A DNA stretch of 64,000 nt from assembly GCA_965217585.1 (NCBI GenBank), contig OZ244561.1, forward strand, positions 3,776,001-3,840,000. The letters are read 5' to 3'. Below, piece by piece: positions 36,582 through 46,882 of this stretch. Each line of letters opens with the position of its first letter. The first letter of the stretch is position 1. The notes beneath the pieces were generated by a model. The model was not told the DNA's origin, ran no database searches, and saw only the letters and a list, made by a program, of their open reading frames with translations. Position numbers and translations under genes: made by a program. The stretch comes from Candidatus Latescibacterota bacterium (GTDB taxonomy: Bacteria; Latescibacterota; UBA2968; UBA8231).

Positions 36582-39432
36582 TAAGCCCTGCTTGTACTGT
36601 GACGAAAGTCAATCCACTGGTTTCGGTGCGGGCCTGCTGCGCCGCGCGCTCTATCTGCCGCTTGTCAATGCGCAGCCCCACTTGGGACATGAGCTTATAG
36701 CCCAAGTACGATGTCGTATTGGACAATTGCACGGCAAAGGACGTCTCGTCGTAGTCCCCAGTGGAGTCGCCCGGGTTGACGGTGGTTTCGTCCACGACCA
36801 TGTCGCGGAAGCGCAAGTGCTCCACGCCGAGTTGTACGACCGAGCGTTTCATAAAGGGCACCTTTACCAATACCGAGGCCATCGTGCTCCAGTCGCGGCG
36901 CTCGGCTGTGGGGGTGCCCAGCTGCCGCTCGATATTGAACGGGGTATCGTCCATGAACAGCTCTTGCTTGAGGCGCGGTAGCGCGGTTATGCGGCCCAAA
37001 TGCACCGGGTACTCGGCCTTGTTGATCAGCCCCAAGCGCCGCGCATTGCGTTGCAAGGGGCGGCCATCGCGGTCAACGGCATCTTCTCGCCGCTGCTGAA
37101 TGAATTCATACAGCAGCTTGTTCTCGCTTTGGAAGCCATCGCGGCCGCGGCGCTCAGCGCCTATCCACAGCTTGTTGACCAAGGCGTCGCCCATACCCAG
37201 CGGATCGCGGATGGCGGTCATGCTGCCCGGGGAGTTGCTCGGGCGACCGAGCACGGGGCGCAGTTGAATCCACTGCACCAAGTCTTCGGCGATCGCGTCG
37301 GCGACCCACTTGAACGAATTATACGCCGTCAGCGTGCCCAATCCGGCAAAGCTCTGTTCGTACGCGAGCAGGGCATAATACGTGCGGTTGCGTGCACCCG
37401 TCGTCGGCTTGCGCTCCCACACCTGTCCAGTCGTCAGCTTGAGCTCGGGCCGGAGCTCCGCGCTTAGATAGGCGTTGTACCCGCGCCGGTCGCGCTTGTA
37501 GGGGTAGTCGGGCTCTTCGTCGTTTTCAAAGCGGTCGCCCCAGCCGTTGTTGTTCAAGTCGAGAGCGAAGAGATATTCCGGCCGATCGACATTGTAGCGG
37601 AGAAAAGGCTCTTCGTAGTCGGGCAAGAAATTGGGACGCTGGCGCAGGTCGTTTTGATTGAAATCGGAAATAAAGTCGTTGTTCTCGTCGAGGCCCGGGA
37701 AGACCGCGTCGTCGGCAAAGCCCTCAAAGGTGCGCGCGCGGACGCCGCGCTGGTCGCCGGTGCGGCCGTCGTCAAAGCGGCGCTTCTGGTCGTTGATGCG
37801 GTCGTTGTCGTCATTGTCATCGACAAAGTCGTACACGTGCCGCGCCCGCGCTTCGTCGTCGTTTGACCAATCAACCCGGCCGCTGCTATCGACAAAGCGG
37901 GGGCTCGTGTCGTATTCGGCGTCTAGGCCAAATGCCTCGCCAAAAAAGAAAAACGGTGCGAAGCGGCGCGATACATTGAACATCCAGCCGAGGGCCGCGC
38001 GATCCCCGCCAATGCCCGAGGACGCTTTGTGCGTATCCCGCGTCCGCGTCGGGTACTGGGTGAATTGGTGATTGACGTTGAATTCGCCGTACGCGCGGAA
38101 GCCAGCCCAATCGTCGGCCTGTAGCGTCAGCCCGGCTACCTGCGTCGCCGTCGGCAGCCCGTAGTCGAAGACCACCGTCCGCTGGTTGGAGTTGTCCCAG
38201 ACGTTGCCCTCGGCCCGGGCGACCGTGCGAAACTGCGGCTGCTCGCCGCTGAAGTTGTTGTCGGTCTGGCGGTTGGACGTGACCTCTACCTTGTAGTCGT
38301 TGCCCAACGCCAAGTGGAAGCGCACCCGGCTGATTTGGTTGACCAAGTCCGCGCTCGGCACTACGGCCTCTAGGTCCGAGACCGCCGGATCGTCGTCGGA
38401 AAACACGTATTCGAGCAAGATCTGGCTCGCCTCGCCCCGGCCCTCGGCCGTCAGAAAACCACCCCGCTCGATCCCACCGATGATGCGCGGCGCGAAGCCA
38501 ATCTGACTGCCAATTAGCAGGGTATCCCGCTCGCCGATCCGCGTCTCAATCTCAATGTCGCTGCTAAAAAGCACGGCCCCGCCGCCCTCGTCTTCGGGCG
38601 AATCGTCGGTCAGCCGCACCACGATGCGGTCGATGCGTCCGTCTAGCTGGCCGCTCGTCAGCTTACCCTTGAGCGGGTGTCCCTCAAAGCGGTCGGAAGC
38701 CGTGCGGCCGTTGTGCGCGTTGAGAAAGGTGCCGCCGATCCGCGTCGTAGCACCCAGGTCCCAGACCACGCGCCCGCCGATGAGGTTGGTGAAATTGTCC
38801 TCTGTCACGGGAAAGGGGTCCGTGCGGAAAAGCGGCAGGTTGATCCGCGACATGAGCACGGTGGCCGTCAGGCGATCAGCCGCGTAGTTGAACATAACCC
38901 CATTGTACGCGGTCTTGCGAAAGGTCATGGGCGTCAGCATGGCGAAGATTTCGTCGCCGATGAGCACCGAGAAATAGTGCTGGCCCTTGGTGTCGCCGGC
39001 AAGGACCAAGTTGTTGAACCACGAGCCGTATTGGCCGGCCTGCAAAATGCCCGAGCCGCCCGAGCCGGTTGGCTGTATCTGACGCCAGTCGTAGATCAAC
39101 CAGCCCTTGTTCAAGAAGCGCCCGTAGAGGTCGTAGAAGTACCCGCCCTCCAAGGCGGGATTGAGGTAGCGCCGGTATGGGTCCCGCGCGTAGTTGGTGT
39201 AGGTCCACTGCCGGCGGTACTCGCCGGCGATTTCCTGCGGCAGATACCACTTCTGCAACGAGGGATAGACGGCCTCCATGCGCAGCCCCGTGCCGGACGA
39301 ATAGTAGATCGGCTGGCCCGCTTCGATGCGGCCCAAGCGGCTACCGTAATCCTCGCGCTGGGCCTTGAGCGGCGCGGCCCCAAGCAGCGCGACCCAGCAG
39401 AGAGCGCCGACGCGGCGCAAGCAGGCATTCAT
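36574..39432 (-). CDS. Large secreted hypothetical protein, predicted outer-membrane beta-barrel (paralog B)
   Basis: Signal peptide; alternating beta pattern in the C-terminal third; acidic loops DDNDDND, DENND, DLNNNG. Confidence 0.6.
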   Translation of the reverse strand: MNACLRRVGALCWVALLGAAPLKAQREDYGSRLGRIEAGQPIYYSSGTGLRMEAVYPSLQKWYLPQEIAGEYRRQWTYTNYARDPYRRYLNPALEGGYFYDLYGRFLNKGWLIYDWRQIQPTGSGGSGILQAGQYGSWFNNLVLAGDTKGQHYFSVLIGDEIFAMLTPMTFRKTAYNGVMFNYAADRLTATVLMSRINLPLFRTDPFPVTEDNFTNLIGGRVVWDLGATTRIGGTFLNAHNGRTASDRFEGHPLKGKLTSGQLDGRIDRIVVRLTDDSPEDEGGGAVLFSSDIEIETRIGERDTLLIGSQIGFAPRIIGGIERGGFLTAEGRGEASQILLEYVFSDDDPAVSDLEAVVPSADLVNQISRVRFHLALGNDYKVEVTSNRQTDNNFSGEQPQFRTVARAEGNVWDNSNQRTVVFDYGLPTATQVAGLTLQADDWAGFRAYGEFNVNHQFTQYPTRTRDTHKASSGIGGDRAALGWMFNVSRRFAPFFFFGEAFGLDAEYDTSPRFVDSSGRVDWSNDDEARARHVYDFVDDNDDNDRINDQKRRFDDGRTGDQRGVRARTFEGFADDAVFPGLDENNDFISDFNQNDLRQRPNFLPDYEEPFLRYNVDRPEYLFALDLNNNGWGDRFENDEEPDYPYKRDRRGYNAYLSAELRPELKLTTGQVWERKPTTGARNRTYYALLAYEQSFAGLGTLTAYNSFKWVADAIAEDLVQWIQLRPVLGRPSNSPGSMTAIRDPLGMGDALVNKLWIGAERRGRDGFQSENKLLYEFIQQRREDAVDRDGRPLQRNARRLGLINKAEYPVHLGRITALPRLKQELFMDDTPFNIERQLGTPTAERRDWSTMASVLVKVPFMKRSVVQLGVEHLRFRDMVVDETTVNPGDSTGDYDETSFAVQLSNTTSYLGYKLMSQVGLRIDKRQIERAAQQARTETSGLTFVTVQAGLSD

Positions 39433-39436
39433 GCCG

Positions 39437-42193
39437 CTACTCCAGCCCCGCGTACACGGTTATGAAGCTGGTGCTAAAGGCGCTGATTTCATTCACCTGC
39501 TCCAAGCCTTCGCTGCCGATAATCACCCGCTCCTCCCACAGGCGCGTATAACTAAAGCCAAACTGCGTCGTGAGCTGGTAGCCCAAGTAGGAGCCGGCGC
39601 TGGACCATTGCAGGGCCAGCACCAAGTTGCGGAAGTCGCCCGTAGGCCCGGCCGGGCCGTTGGTGAGCTGCTCGTCCTCGTCGAGAGCCAAGTCCCGGAA
39701 CAGGGAAAACTCGACGCCCCCTTCCACCAGCGACTGGCTCAACAGCGGGTGGCTCAGCAGCACGATGCCCGTGCCGACCCATTCCTCGCGGTCCTCGGCG
39801 CGCGCTTCGAGCGCGGTCTGGTTGAGATACTCGCTCTTGACCTTGGGCTGCAACCGGAAGCCAGCCAAGCCGAAGGTGTAATCCGCTTTGTTGATCAACC
39901 CAATCAAGTGGCTGCCTTGGTTGAGCACCGGGCCTTTGACGCGGCTTTTGAACGCGCTACCCTGCTGCCAAAAGCGCTCGTACTTGAACTTGTTGCTCGC
40001 GTTTAGATTGTCGAGCGGTTGGTAATCGAGCTGTAAATAGGTCGTGTTGATCCACGTGTCCCGCGCCGGCAGAATGTCGCGCACCAGCGCGAGCGAGTTG
40101 ACTTCGAGGTGCGGCGTCATCTCGCGCCGGTCATCGGCGATATCGTCTTCGACGCGCCGCAGCATCTCAAAGGCCCGCAGCCGGCCCCAAGTAAAGTCGC
40201 GGTCGTAGGTCAGCAGGCCGTACGCAGCGCGGTTGCGCCCGTCGGAGGCCATGCTCTCTTCGCTCAGCCTTCCCAACGTCAGCCGGGTGTGCGGGTCGAG
40301 GAAGACGCCGGCGTACAGGTTGTAGCCTCGGCGATCGACCTTGTAGGGATAGTCGGGCAAGTCGTCGTTTTCAAAGCGGTCGATCCAACCATTGTTGTTT
40401 AGGTCGATGCCAAACAAAAACTCCGGGCGATCGGCCGCATAGCGGAAGAAAGGCTCTTCGTAATCCGGGATGCGGTTGTTGAGAATGCGATTGTCGTTTT
40501 GGTTGAAGTCGGAGACAAAGTCGTTGTTTTCGTCCCACCCCGGGAAGACGGCCACATCGCCGCCGCCCTGCGAGAAGCGGAACCAATCGGCCGAGCGGTC
40601 TTGATCGTCGTTGTCGTCAACCAACTCGTACAGGGACGTGCGCGGATTGTCGTAGGTAATGTCCCCGTTGTCGTCCACGATAAACGAACTCGTCGAGTAA
40701 TCCGGGTCCATGCTGTACGCCTCGCCAAAAAAGTAAAACGGGGCGGCCACTTTTGCGGCGTTGACCATCCAAGCCTCGGCGTCGCGGGCGTGCGTGGCTA
40801 GCGAGCGATCGGCCGCTTGGTGCGCCGGGTTGGGGTACTGGCTGTACGCGCGGCTGACATCGAATTCCGCGTACAGGTCCACGCCCTTGATATCCGTGGC
40901 GTCCAAGGTGAAGCCGTAGATAAAGCGGGACGACGGCAATCCGTAGTCGAAGACGACCCGCTGCTGGTTGGAATTGTCCTGCACATTGCCCTCGGCGCTG
41001 AGGATGTCGAACAACGCCGGAGACTGATCCTCAATGTCTTGGCCCGTCAGCGGCAATACCGGCAGAGCGCGGCTGCCCGTTTGCCGGTCGGACCAAACCT
41101 GCACCTTGTAGTCGTTGGCCAAGACTAAGTCGAACTGCACGGCGACGATCTCCGAGGACCGCGGGCCGGTATAGGCGATATCCGCGAAGTCGTAGTTGAT
41201 GACGATCTTCTCGTCGCCGTCGGCCGCTAAGGCCCCTTCCTTGGGTGCCCCGCCCGAGACCACGGGCCACCGCGCCGGATCGGAGACCACGTCGCGGAGC
41301 CTAAATTGCTCGCGCTCCCCCGTATCTGGATCCTCGCTCGTCAAGAGGATGTCGTGCGAAAACAGGGTGGCCCCGCCCCGACCATCCTCGGGCGAGTCGT
41401 CGCTGAGGATCAGGGCAATGCCCGAGACCGGCAGGCTGCCCTGATTGGCAGCGAGGGTGCCGACGAAGGGGTTGCGCTCAAACGCATCGGCCACTGTGGT
41501 GGAGTTGCGCGCATTGACTAAATTGGCCCCCACGGCCACGAAATCGCCGATCTGCACCACGGCGCGGCCCGCCATCAGGTTGGTGGCATTGGAGACGCCA
41601 CTGGGGGCGCTGGGCGTGCTGCCGATGACCGGGCGGCTCACCCGCGAAAAGAGGAGGGTGCCCTCGTACTTGTCCGCGGCAAAGTCCATCTGCACGCCGC
41701 TGAAGGCCGGCTTGGAAAAGGTGAGCGGGGTCAGGGTCGTGCGGATTCGATCGCCCACCGTGATGGCATAGTAGAACTGGCCTTGCGAGTCCGAGCTAAT
41801 GGTAACCGCGTTGAACCAGTTGTTAAAGCGCCGATCCTTGAAGATGGACGAACCAAATTGCACGGGCTGGTTCTGGCTCCAGTCGTAGATGAGCCAGCCG
41901 CGCGTCAAGTAGTTGCCGTACAGGTCGTAAAACGGAGAGCCTTCAATCGTGGTGCTGACGTAGCGCTCGTACGCGTCGCGCGCGTAGTTGGTGTACTGCC
42001 ACTGCTGCCAGCCGTAGTCGGCAAACAGCTCCTGCGGCACGTACCAGCGCTTGACCGTTGGATCCAAGGCGTCGAAGAGCACGCCCGGCCCCCGCGGTTC
42101 ATAGGTGATTTCCGCGCCCCAGCGCCGGCCTTGGGCATGGGCACTTATCGCCGCGACGAGCAAGGCGGCGAGTACCCACCGTAGGTCTCTCAT
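39437..42193 (-). CDS. Large secreted hypothetical protein, predicted outer-membrane beta-barrel (paralog A)
   Basis: Shares YTNYARD, FYDLYG..L..GWLIYDW, DDSPED, DNSNQ..VVFDYGLP and PDYEEPF with 36574-39432. Confidence 0.6.
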   Translation of the reverse strand: MRDLRWVLAALLVAAISAHAQGRRWGAEITYEPRGPGVLFDALDPTVKRWYVPQELFADYGWQQWQYTNYARDAYERYVSTTIEGSPFYDLYGNYLTRGWLIYDWSQNQPVQFGSSIFKDRRFNNWFNAVTISSDSQGQFYYAITVGDRIRTTLTPLTFSKPAFSGVQMDFAADKYEGTLLFSRVSRPVIGSTPSAPSGVSNATNLMAGRAVVQIGDFVAVGANLVNARNSTTVADAFERNPFVGTLAANQGSLPVSGIALILSDDSPEDGRGGATLFSHDILLTSEDPDTGEREQFRLRDVVSDPARWPVVSGGAPKEGALAADGDEKIVINYDFADIAYTGPRSSEIVAVQFDLVLANDYKVQVWSDRQTGSRALPVLPLTGQDIEDQSPALFDILSAEGNVQDNSNQQRVVFDYGLPSSRFIYGFTLDATDIKGVDLYAEFDVSRAYSQYPNPAHQAADRSLATHARDAEAWMVNAAKVAAPFYFFGEAYSMDPDYSTSSFIVDDNGDITYDNPRTSLYELVDDNDDQDRSADWFRFSQGGGDVAVFPGWDENNDFVSDFNQNDNRILNNRIPDYEEPFFRYAADRPEFLFGIDLNNNGWIDRFENDDLPDYPYKVDRRGYNLYAGVFLDPHTRLTLGRLSEESMASDGRNRAAYGLLTYDRDFTWGRLRAFEMLRRVEDDIADDRREMTPHLEVNSLALVRDILPARDTWINTTYLQLDYQPLDNLNASNKFKYERFWQQGSAFKSRVKGPVLNQGSHLIGLINKADYTFGLAGFRLQPKVKSEYLNQTALEARAEDREEWVGTGIVLLSHPLLSQSLVEGGVEFSLFRDLALDEDEQLTNGPAGPTGDFRNLVLALQWSSAGSYLGYQLTTQFGFSYTRLWEERVIIGSEGLEQVNEISAFSTSFITVYAGLE

Positions 42194-42206
42194 TAGACTC
42201 TCCTAA

Positions 42207-44366
42207 TCAGTACACCAATTCGACAACTCTAACCGCTCTTTCGCCGCCCGCATCGCTGGCCAGCGTTACGCGCACTAAGTAAATGCCCGGCGGCAGCGCG
42301 GCCCCGCTCCCATCCGCGCCGTCCCAAGGCATGGCGTATGAACCGCCGCCCTGGAAGCCGGAGAACAGCCGGCGCACCCGGCGTCCGGCCAAATCGACGA
42401 TTTCCACATCGACCGGTGCCGGGCTGACCAAACGGCTCAGATCGTAGTACACCTGCGTCGCATCGTTGATTCCATCGCCGTTGGGGCTGAAGGGCCGAGG
42501 GTCGGCGCGCACGTTGATCAGCAGGGCGCTGCCGCCAGCTAGCGGCACATCCACTGAAAGGCCCCGGTTCGTCTCCGTGCCAACAGCCACAATATCGTCG
42601 TCGCCGGGAGCCAACGCGGCCACGTTGCCGGCGACGACCTCCTGCCCCACATCCCCCCTATTGAAGGCAAAACCGGCGAACTTGGTGCCGTAGCGCAACA
42701 CGCGGCTGCGAAAGCGAATTTTGAGCTGGGCCGTCCGCCCGCTCGCCAGCTCGCTTTCGGCAATGAGGGGAAAGCGCACGCGAAAGCGGCGCGCATCGAC
42801 CGACTCAATGGCAAAGCGTCCGGTCTCGTCGGTAGCCGGCAGCGCGGAAAGATCGGCCGTTGAAAAGTCCGCTACCTCAACCTGCCCATCGGCATCGACG
42901 ACTTCAATGGACTCAATGACCTCTACTCGCACCGGCGTGGCGATTTCAAAACCGTCAAAGCCCGTATCTACGCCTATCCGAATGGAAGTCGGCATCACCG
43001 CATAGACGAAATCCACCGGCTTGCCCAAATCGACCTGACGCGGAAAGATCTCTCCGAGAATCTGCGCAGCCGGCGGCGGCGTAGCCACGGTAAAGGCCAG
43101 CGGGCCGATGCCTGTGGCCGCCTCCAAGTCCTCGCTGAGAAAGTCGATGCGGAACTGGATGTACCGCCTCGGCCCGGGCGAGACAATCGGCACGCCCAAT
43201 TGGCTATCCTCGATCTCTGCCTCAGTCAACAGGGTCCCTAATTCGTAGGGCGAGGACCACGGGCTCCAAGCGTCTAGGTCGGCCACCACATTGCCCCGCT
43301 CGGCACCCAAGCCCTTGTAATCGTCCAGCGACAGCGAGATGGCGTTGCGCTCCTCCAGCGGCAGCGCGCCAAAGAGTGCGCGCGCCCTCTCCAGATCGAC
43401 TTGGTCGAGATTGACCTCGCCGCCCTCGGTCTCAAGCGTGGCATTCTTTTTCCACGGCACCTCGACTTGGACCCCCTCAAAGAAGAAGCGCCGAGTATAA
43501 ACTAAAGGGGTGTCGTCCAAGCCGGTGCGGGTGCGCACGCGCGCGTTGGCGAAACCAGCCGGACCGACGCTTTCCTCCACCCAGCGAATGGTCCCCCACA
43601 AGCCCAAATCTGGGCTGAGATCGAATATGTTGGATACGTATTCGGCCGTGGGCACGAAGCCGGTGCCAAAGACGCGGAACTCGGCGATCTCAAAACCGTT
43701 GCTGGTGCGCGACTGCAAGCGGATGAAGCGCACAAATTGCGGGGGAATGCTCAGATCGACCAGCGCGTCCTGGTTGGCAGCATTCAACCGAAACGAGCGC
43801 CATTCCGGGCCGCCCGCGCCTTGCGTCTCCTCGCTGCCGTCGTTGAAAAACAGCTCGTAGCCGCGGATGAAGTCCTCTTGGAAAGGCGCGGCGGGAAAAT
43901 CCGGGTGGCCATTGCGCGGGAAGAACTGGACGCGATTGACTCCAAAGCGAGCGCCTAGGTCGAAGTCCATGGCCATGCCGCGAATGACGGCCACGTTCTT
44001 GCGCTCCAATGCCGTTTTGCCGTCGCCGTCGATCATCGTCTCTAGCTGCGACTCAATGCCCGCTTCGAGGACCGTCGGCGAGATAACCGAGCCGCCGCGC
44101 CCAAGTATGCCGAGCGCTAGATTGGTGCCCTCGACGACGTTCTGCGGAAAAATCCACCCCACCCGACCCTCGGGATCGAAATCGATCACACCGCCCGGGG
44201 TGTTGCCGCTCTCAACAGCTCTGGCCCCGGTCGGGAAAATCGCCTGTATCTGGCCCCCGCCGTCTTGCCAAGACGATCCGCTCGCGCCGCCGATGGCAAT
44301 GCTCCGCGTCTCGGCGGTGCCTTGCAATGCCGCTAGCAACAGCAGCGCGATCGGCAACCAGTACAT
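42207..44366 (-). CDS. Secreted protein with discoidin-like domain and PNGDGIND/FlgD-Ig C-terminal domain (paralog 3)
   Basis: Signal peptide; FDLG, RTRTG, WSPWSSPY, FSPNGDGIND, DLAGRRVR, WDG.D..G..LPPGIY. Confidence 0.78.
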   Translation of the reverse strand: MYWLPIALLLLAALQGTAETRSIAIGGASGSSWQDGGGQIQAIFPTGARAVESGNTPGGVIDFDPEGRVGWIFPQNVVEGTNLALGILGRGGSVISPTVLEAGIESQLETMIDGDGKTALERKNVAVIRGMAMDFDLGARFGVNRVQFFPRNGHPDFPAAPFQEDFIRGYELFFNDGSEETQGAGGPEWRSFRLNAANQDALVDLSIPPQFVRFIRLQSRTSNGFEIAEFRVFGTGFVPTAEYVSNIFDLSPDLGLWGTIRWVEESVGPAGFANARVRTRTGLDDTPLVYTRRFFFEGVQVEVPWKKNATLETEGGEVNLDQVDLERARALFGALPLEERNAISLSLDDYKGLGAERGNVVADLDAWSPWSSPYELGTLLTEAEIEDSQLGVPIVSPGPRRYIQFRIDFLSEDLEAATGIGPLAFTVATPPPAAQILGEIFPRQVDLGKPVDFVYAVMPTSIRIGVDTGFDGFEIATPVRVEVIESIEVVDADGQVEVADFSTADLSALPATDETGRFAIESVDARRFRVRFPLIAESELASGRTAQLKIRFRSRVLRYGTKFAGFAFNRGDVGQEVVAGNVAALAPGDDDIVAVGTETNRGLSVDVPLAGGSALLINVRADPRPFSPNGDGINDATQVYYDLSRLVSPAPVDVEIVDLAGRRVRRLFSGFQGGGSYAMPWDGADGSGAALPPGIYLVRVTLASDAGGERAVRVVELVY

Positions 44367-44377
44367 CGCAACCTCCC

Positions 44378-46870
44378 TCAATACACCACGTGAACGAGGT
44401 GGTGCCGCGCGGTGCGCTCCACGCGCGAGTCGTCGTTGGGCACCACTTCTACCTCTAGCAGATATAGTCCAGGGAGGACCAGTGCGCCGGATTGATCTTC
44501 GCACGACCAGCGCAGGGCGTACTCGCCGCTGACCAAGGGCCGCGTCTCCTGCCAGTGCCGCACCAGCCGGCCGGCTAGGTCGTAAATCCGCACGTGGAGC
44601 GGCTGGGTGCCGGTCAGCTTAGTGACCGCGAATGAGAACGCCAACTCGTCGTTGATCCCATCCCCATTCGGCGTCGCGACCCCACTGCCAATGTTCAGGT
44701 CGCCCAGCACGTGGCGGCCGCCTTCTGGACCTACCAACAGCATCCCCTGCCCGGTCGCCAACTCCGTTGCATCCGCTGGATCAACCCGCTGCCAGGAGTT
44801 CTCAAGGGCCGAATGCCCCAACGACGCCTTGAACACAGCACCGGGCAAGTAGAGGGCGGTGGCGAATTGTACCTCAATCAGATCGGCTGCGGACGGGGCG
44901 ACGACCTCGCTTAACCGCACCCACAAAGAGTCTGGGGCGGTCGCCACCACTTCTGCTGAGGCCGCTAGTTCCGCGCTGTCCCATTGGGCCTCGCGCCCCA
45001 GCCGCAGTCCGCGGAACTCCAGTACCATGTTGTCCGGTGCCCTTATCTGCACCTCGTCAAACCCCGCGCTCTGGGAAGCAAAGCTCGGTTTGATGAAAAG
45101 CGAAAGCTCCTGCTCCTTGCCCAACGCGCCCACGACGCTGGGTTCGATCTCGCCCAAAAGCTGGCTGGCCAACGGCTCGACGAAGTTGAGCCGAATGGAG
45201 CGCAGTTCGGCCGCGCGGTGCGGGTCGTCCGAGAGCAAGCGGGCCTTGAGCTCCAGAAATTGGCGCGGGCTTGGCGAAGTGATCGCCGCGCCCGAGGCCT
45301 CGTAGGGCAAGCTCCACGCGCTCCAGTCGGCTCCAGGGGCTTCCGTCGTGTCGATCCGCCCCTTGCTGAAAAAGCCCAAGCCGGCGTATGCCTCGGCCGA
45401 AACTTCGGCACCGCCGCTGTTGAAGTAGCTATACTCTTCGACCAACTCGCTGCCCGTGCGCGTCTGAATTTCGACAAAGGTCCCCAAATCGGCGTCTCCA
45501 TCCCATTCAATCGAGACCAAGTTTTTCGAGCCGCCCAAGCGGATGAGCGGCGAAACCAACTCGACCTCCGGCTGGAAACCCTCTCCGTAGAACTGCACCT
45601 CGCGCGGCTTGAACTGACCGCCTCCCCAGAACAAAATTCGCGCAAAGCGCGTTCGCGCCGGCGCGAACGTATCCACGTCGTACACATCTTCGGTCGTGTG
45701 GGCGGAAGTGGCGCGATTGCGATGCGAGGCCTGCGTCGTCCACACCAGCGAGCCGTCCGCAGCCAGCGAGCCGTCTGAAGTCTGCAAGTCGTAATTGGGA
45801 AAGCGGCTGCGCTGGCGGTCGTAGTAAATCTGGTGCCGGTCGATCCAGAAGAAAGAGCCTAAGTCGAAGAATAATTCCCGTATCTCGTCGGTGCTGGTAA
45901 AGGCCAAGGACGTCTCAAAGATGCCGTCGAAGAAGGCCGTCGCGGGCGCGTTGTCCAAGAAAGTGAGCAACGCGACGCCTCTGCGCTCCACCAAGCCCAG
46001 CGAGATGTTTTCCCCGAGCGTCTGGACCTCCAGCTCGGCCAGCCGCGGCCGCTCGCGGCGGTAGCGGCGGATCTCACCGCGCAACGCGGAGTCAACCACC
46101 TCGTACGTGGCCTCGCTCACCTGCACTTGGCCCGCACCGGCCTTTTTGTAAAAATCCACCGCGCCCCGATCCGCAGCCGCTAGCTGGTCGTATTGTTCAG
46201 CCGACACCTCGGCGGCTCGCGTGCTATCCGTGTCGGTGATCGTCATGCGCACGAAGCGGATGTAGTCGCTCGCCATGCGCCCGTCTATGTCAAAGCGCGT
46301 GGGGCCCAGCTCGATTGCAAATTCTCGTTGATCCTTGTTCGACTGCAAAGTGCGGAAGACTTGGTTGAATTTGCGCTGGCCTTTCGTCACCTCGTCTCCG
46401 TCCGAGGTCAAGACCACGAATTGCAGGAAGGGATCGCCTAGCTCCCCGCCGACGAATTTGAGCCGGATGTGGGTGGCCGCCACCAGCCGCCCCAAATCGA
46501 CCTCGAACCACCATTGGCGCAGCGGGCTTGCCGGATCGGGTTCCCAATAGGTGCTCAAGTCTCCGTCGAAAAGGTGAACCAGATCTGCGGCCCGAGTGCC
46601 CGCGTTGAGGGCGTCGCGCAGGGTCGCGTCCTCCGAGTCCTTGCCGCGCTTGATAAACGCCGCGATGTCTGACGTTGCCAGTATGTTCTTGGGCACGAAG
46701 TGAGGACGCACGGCCCCGGTTTCGTCGATGTCGAGCGTGCCGGCGGGAAAAGTCCACTGCTGCCAGTGCGTCTGCCGATCGACGACGACCTTATTCCCGG
46801 CGATGGTATGGCCCTGTCCCCAGGCGGCGACAACGCCCAATATGCTCAGCAGCAACGCAGCATTCAACAT
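44378..46870 (-). CDS. Secreted protein with discoidin-like domains and PNGDGIND/FlgD-Ig C-terminal domain (paralog 2)
   Basis: LFDGDLSTYW, WFEVDLG, QTRTG, WSAWSLPY, TPNGDGIND, YDLAGRLVR. Confidence 0.78.
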   Translation of the reverse strand: MLNAALLLSILGVVAAWGQGHTIAGNKVVVDRQTHWQQWTFPAGTLDIDETGAVRPHFVPKNILATSDIAAFIKRGKDSEDATLRDALNAGTRAADLVHLFDGDLSTYWEPDPASPLRQWWFEVDLGRLVAATHIRLKFVGGELGDPFLQFVVLTSDGDEVTKGQRKFNQVFRTLQSNKDQREFAIELGPTRFDIDGRMASDYIRFVRMTITDTDSTRAAEVSAEQYDQLAAADRGAVDFYKKAGAGQVQVSEATYEVVDSALRGEIRRYRRERPRLAELEVQTLGENISLGLVERRGVALLTFLDNAPATAFFDGIFETSLAFTSTDEIRELFFDLGSFFWIDRHQIYYDRQRSRFPNYDLQTSDGSLAADGSLVWTTQASHRNRATSAHTTEDVYDVDTFAPARTRFARILFWGGGQFKPREVQFYGEGFQPEVELVSPLIRLGGSKNLVSIEWDGDADLGTFVEIQTRTGSELVEEYSYFNSGGAEVSAEAYAGLGFFSKGRIDTTEAPGADWSAWSLPYEASGAAITSPSPRQFLELKARLLSDDPHRAAELRSIRLNFVEPLASQLLGEIEPSVVGALGKEQELSLFIKPSFASQSAGFDEVQIRAPDNMVLEFRGLRLGREAQWDSAELAASAEVVATAPDSLWVRLSEVVAPSAADLIEVQFATALYLPGAVFKASLGHSALENSWQRVDPADATELATGQGMLLVGPEGGRHVLGDLNIGSGVATPNGDGINDELAFSFAVTKLTGTQPLHVRIYDLAGRLVRHWQETRPLVSGEYALRWSCEDQSGALVLPGLYLLEVEVVPNDDSRVERTARHHLVHVVY

Positions 46871-46882
46871 GGCCCCTGCTCC

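Noticed and set aside
36574-42193. TonB-dependent receptors / SusC
   Set aside because: No recognisable plug motifs or C-terminal Phe, and no SusD-like neighbour
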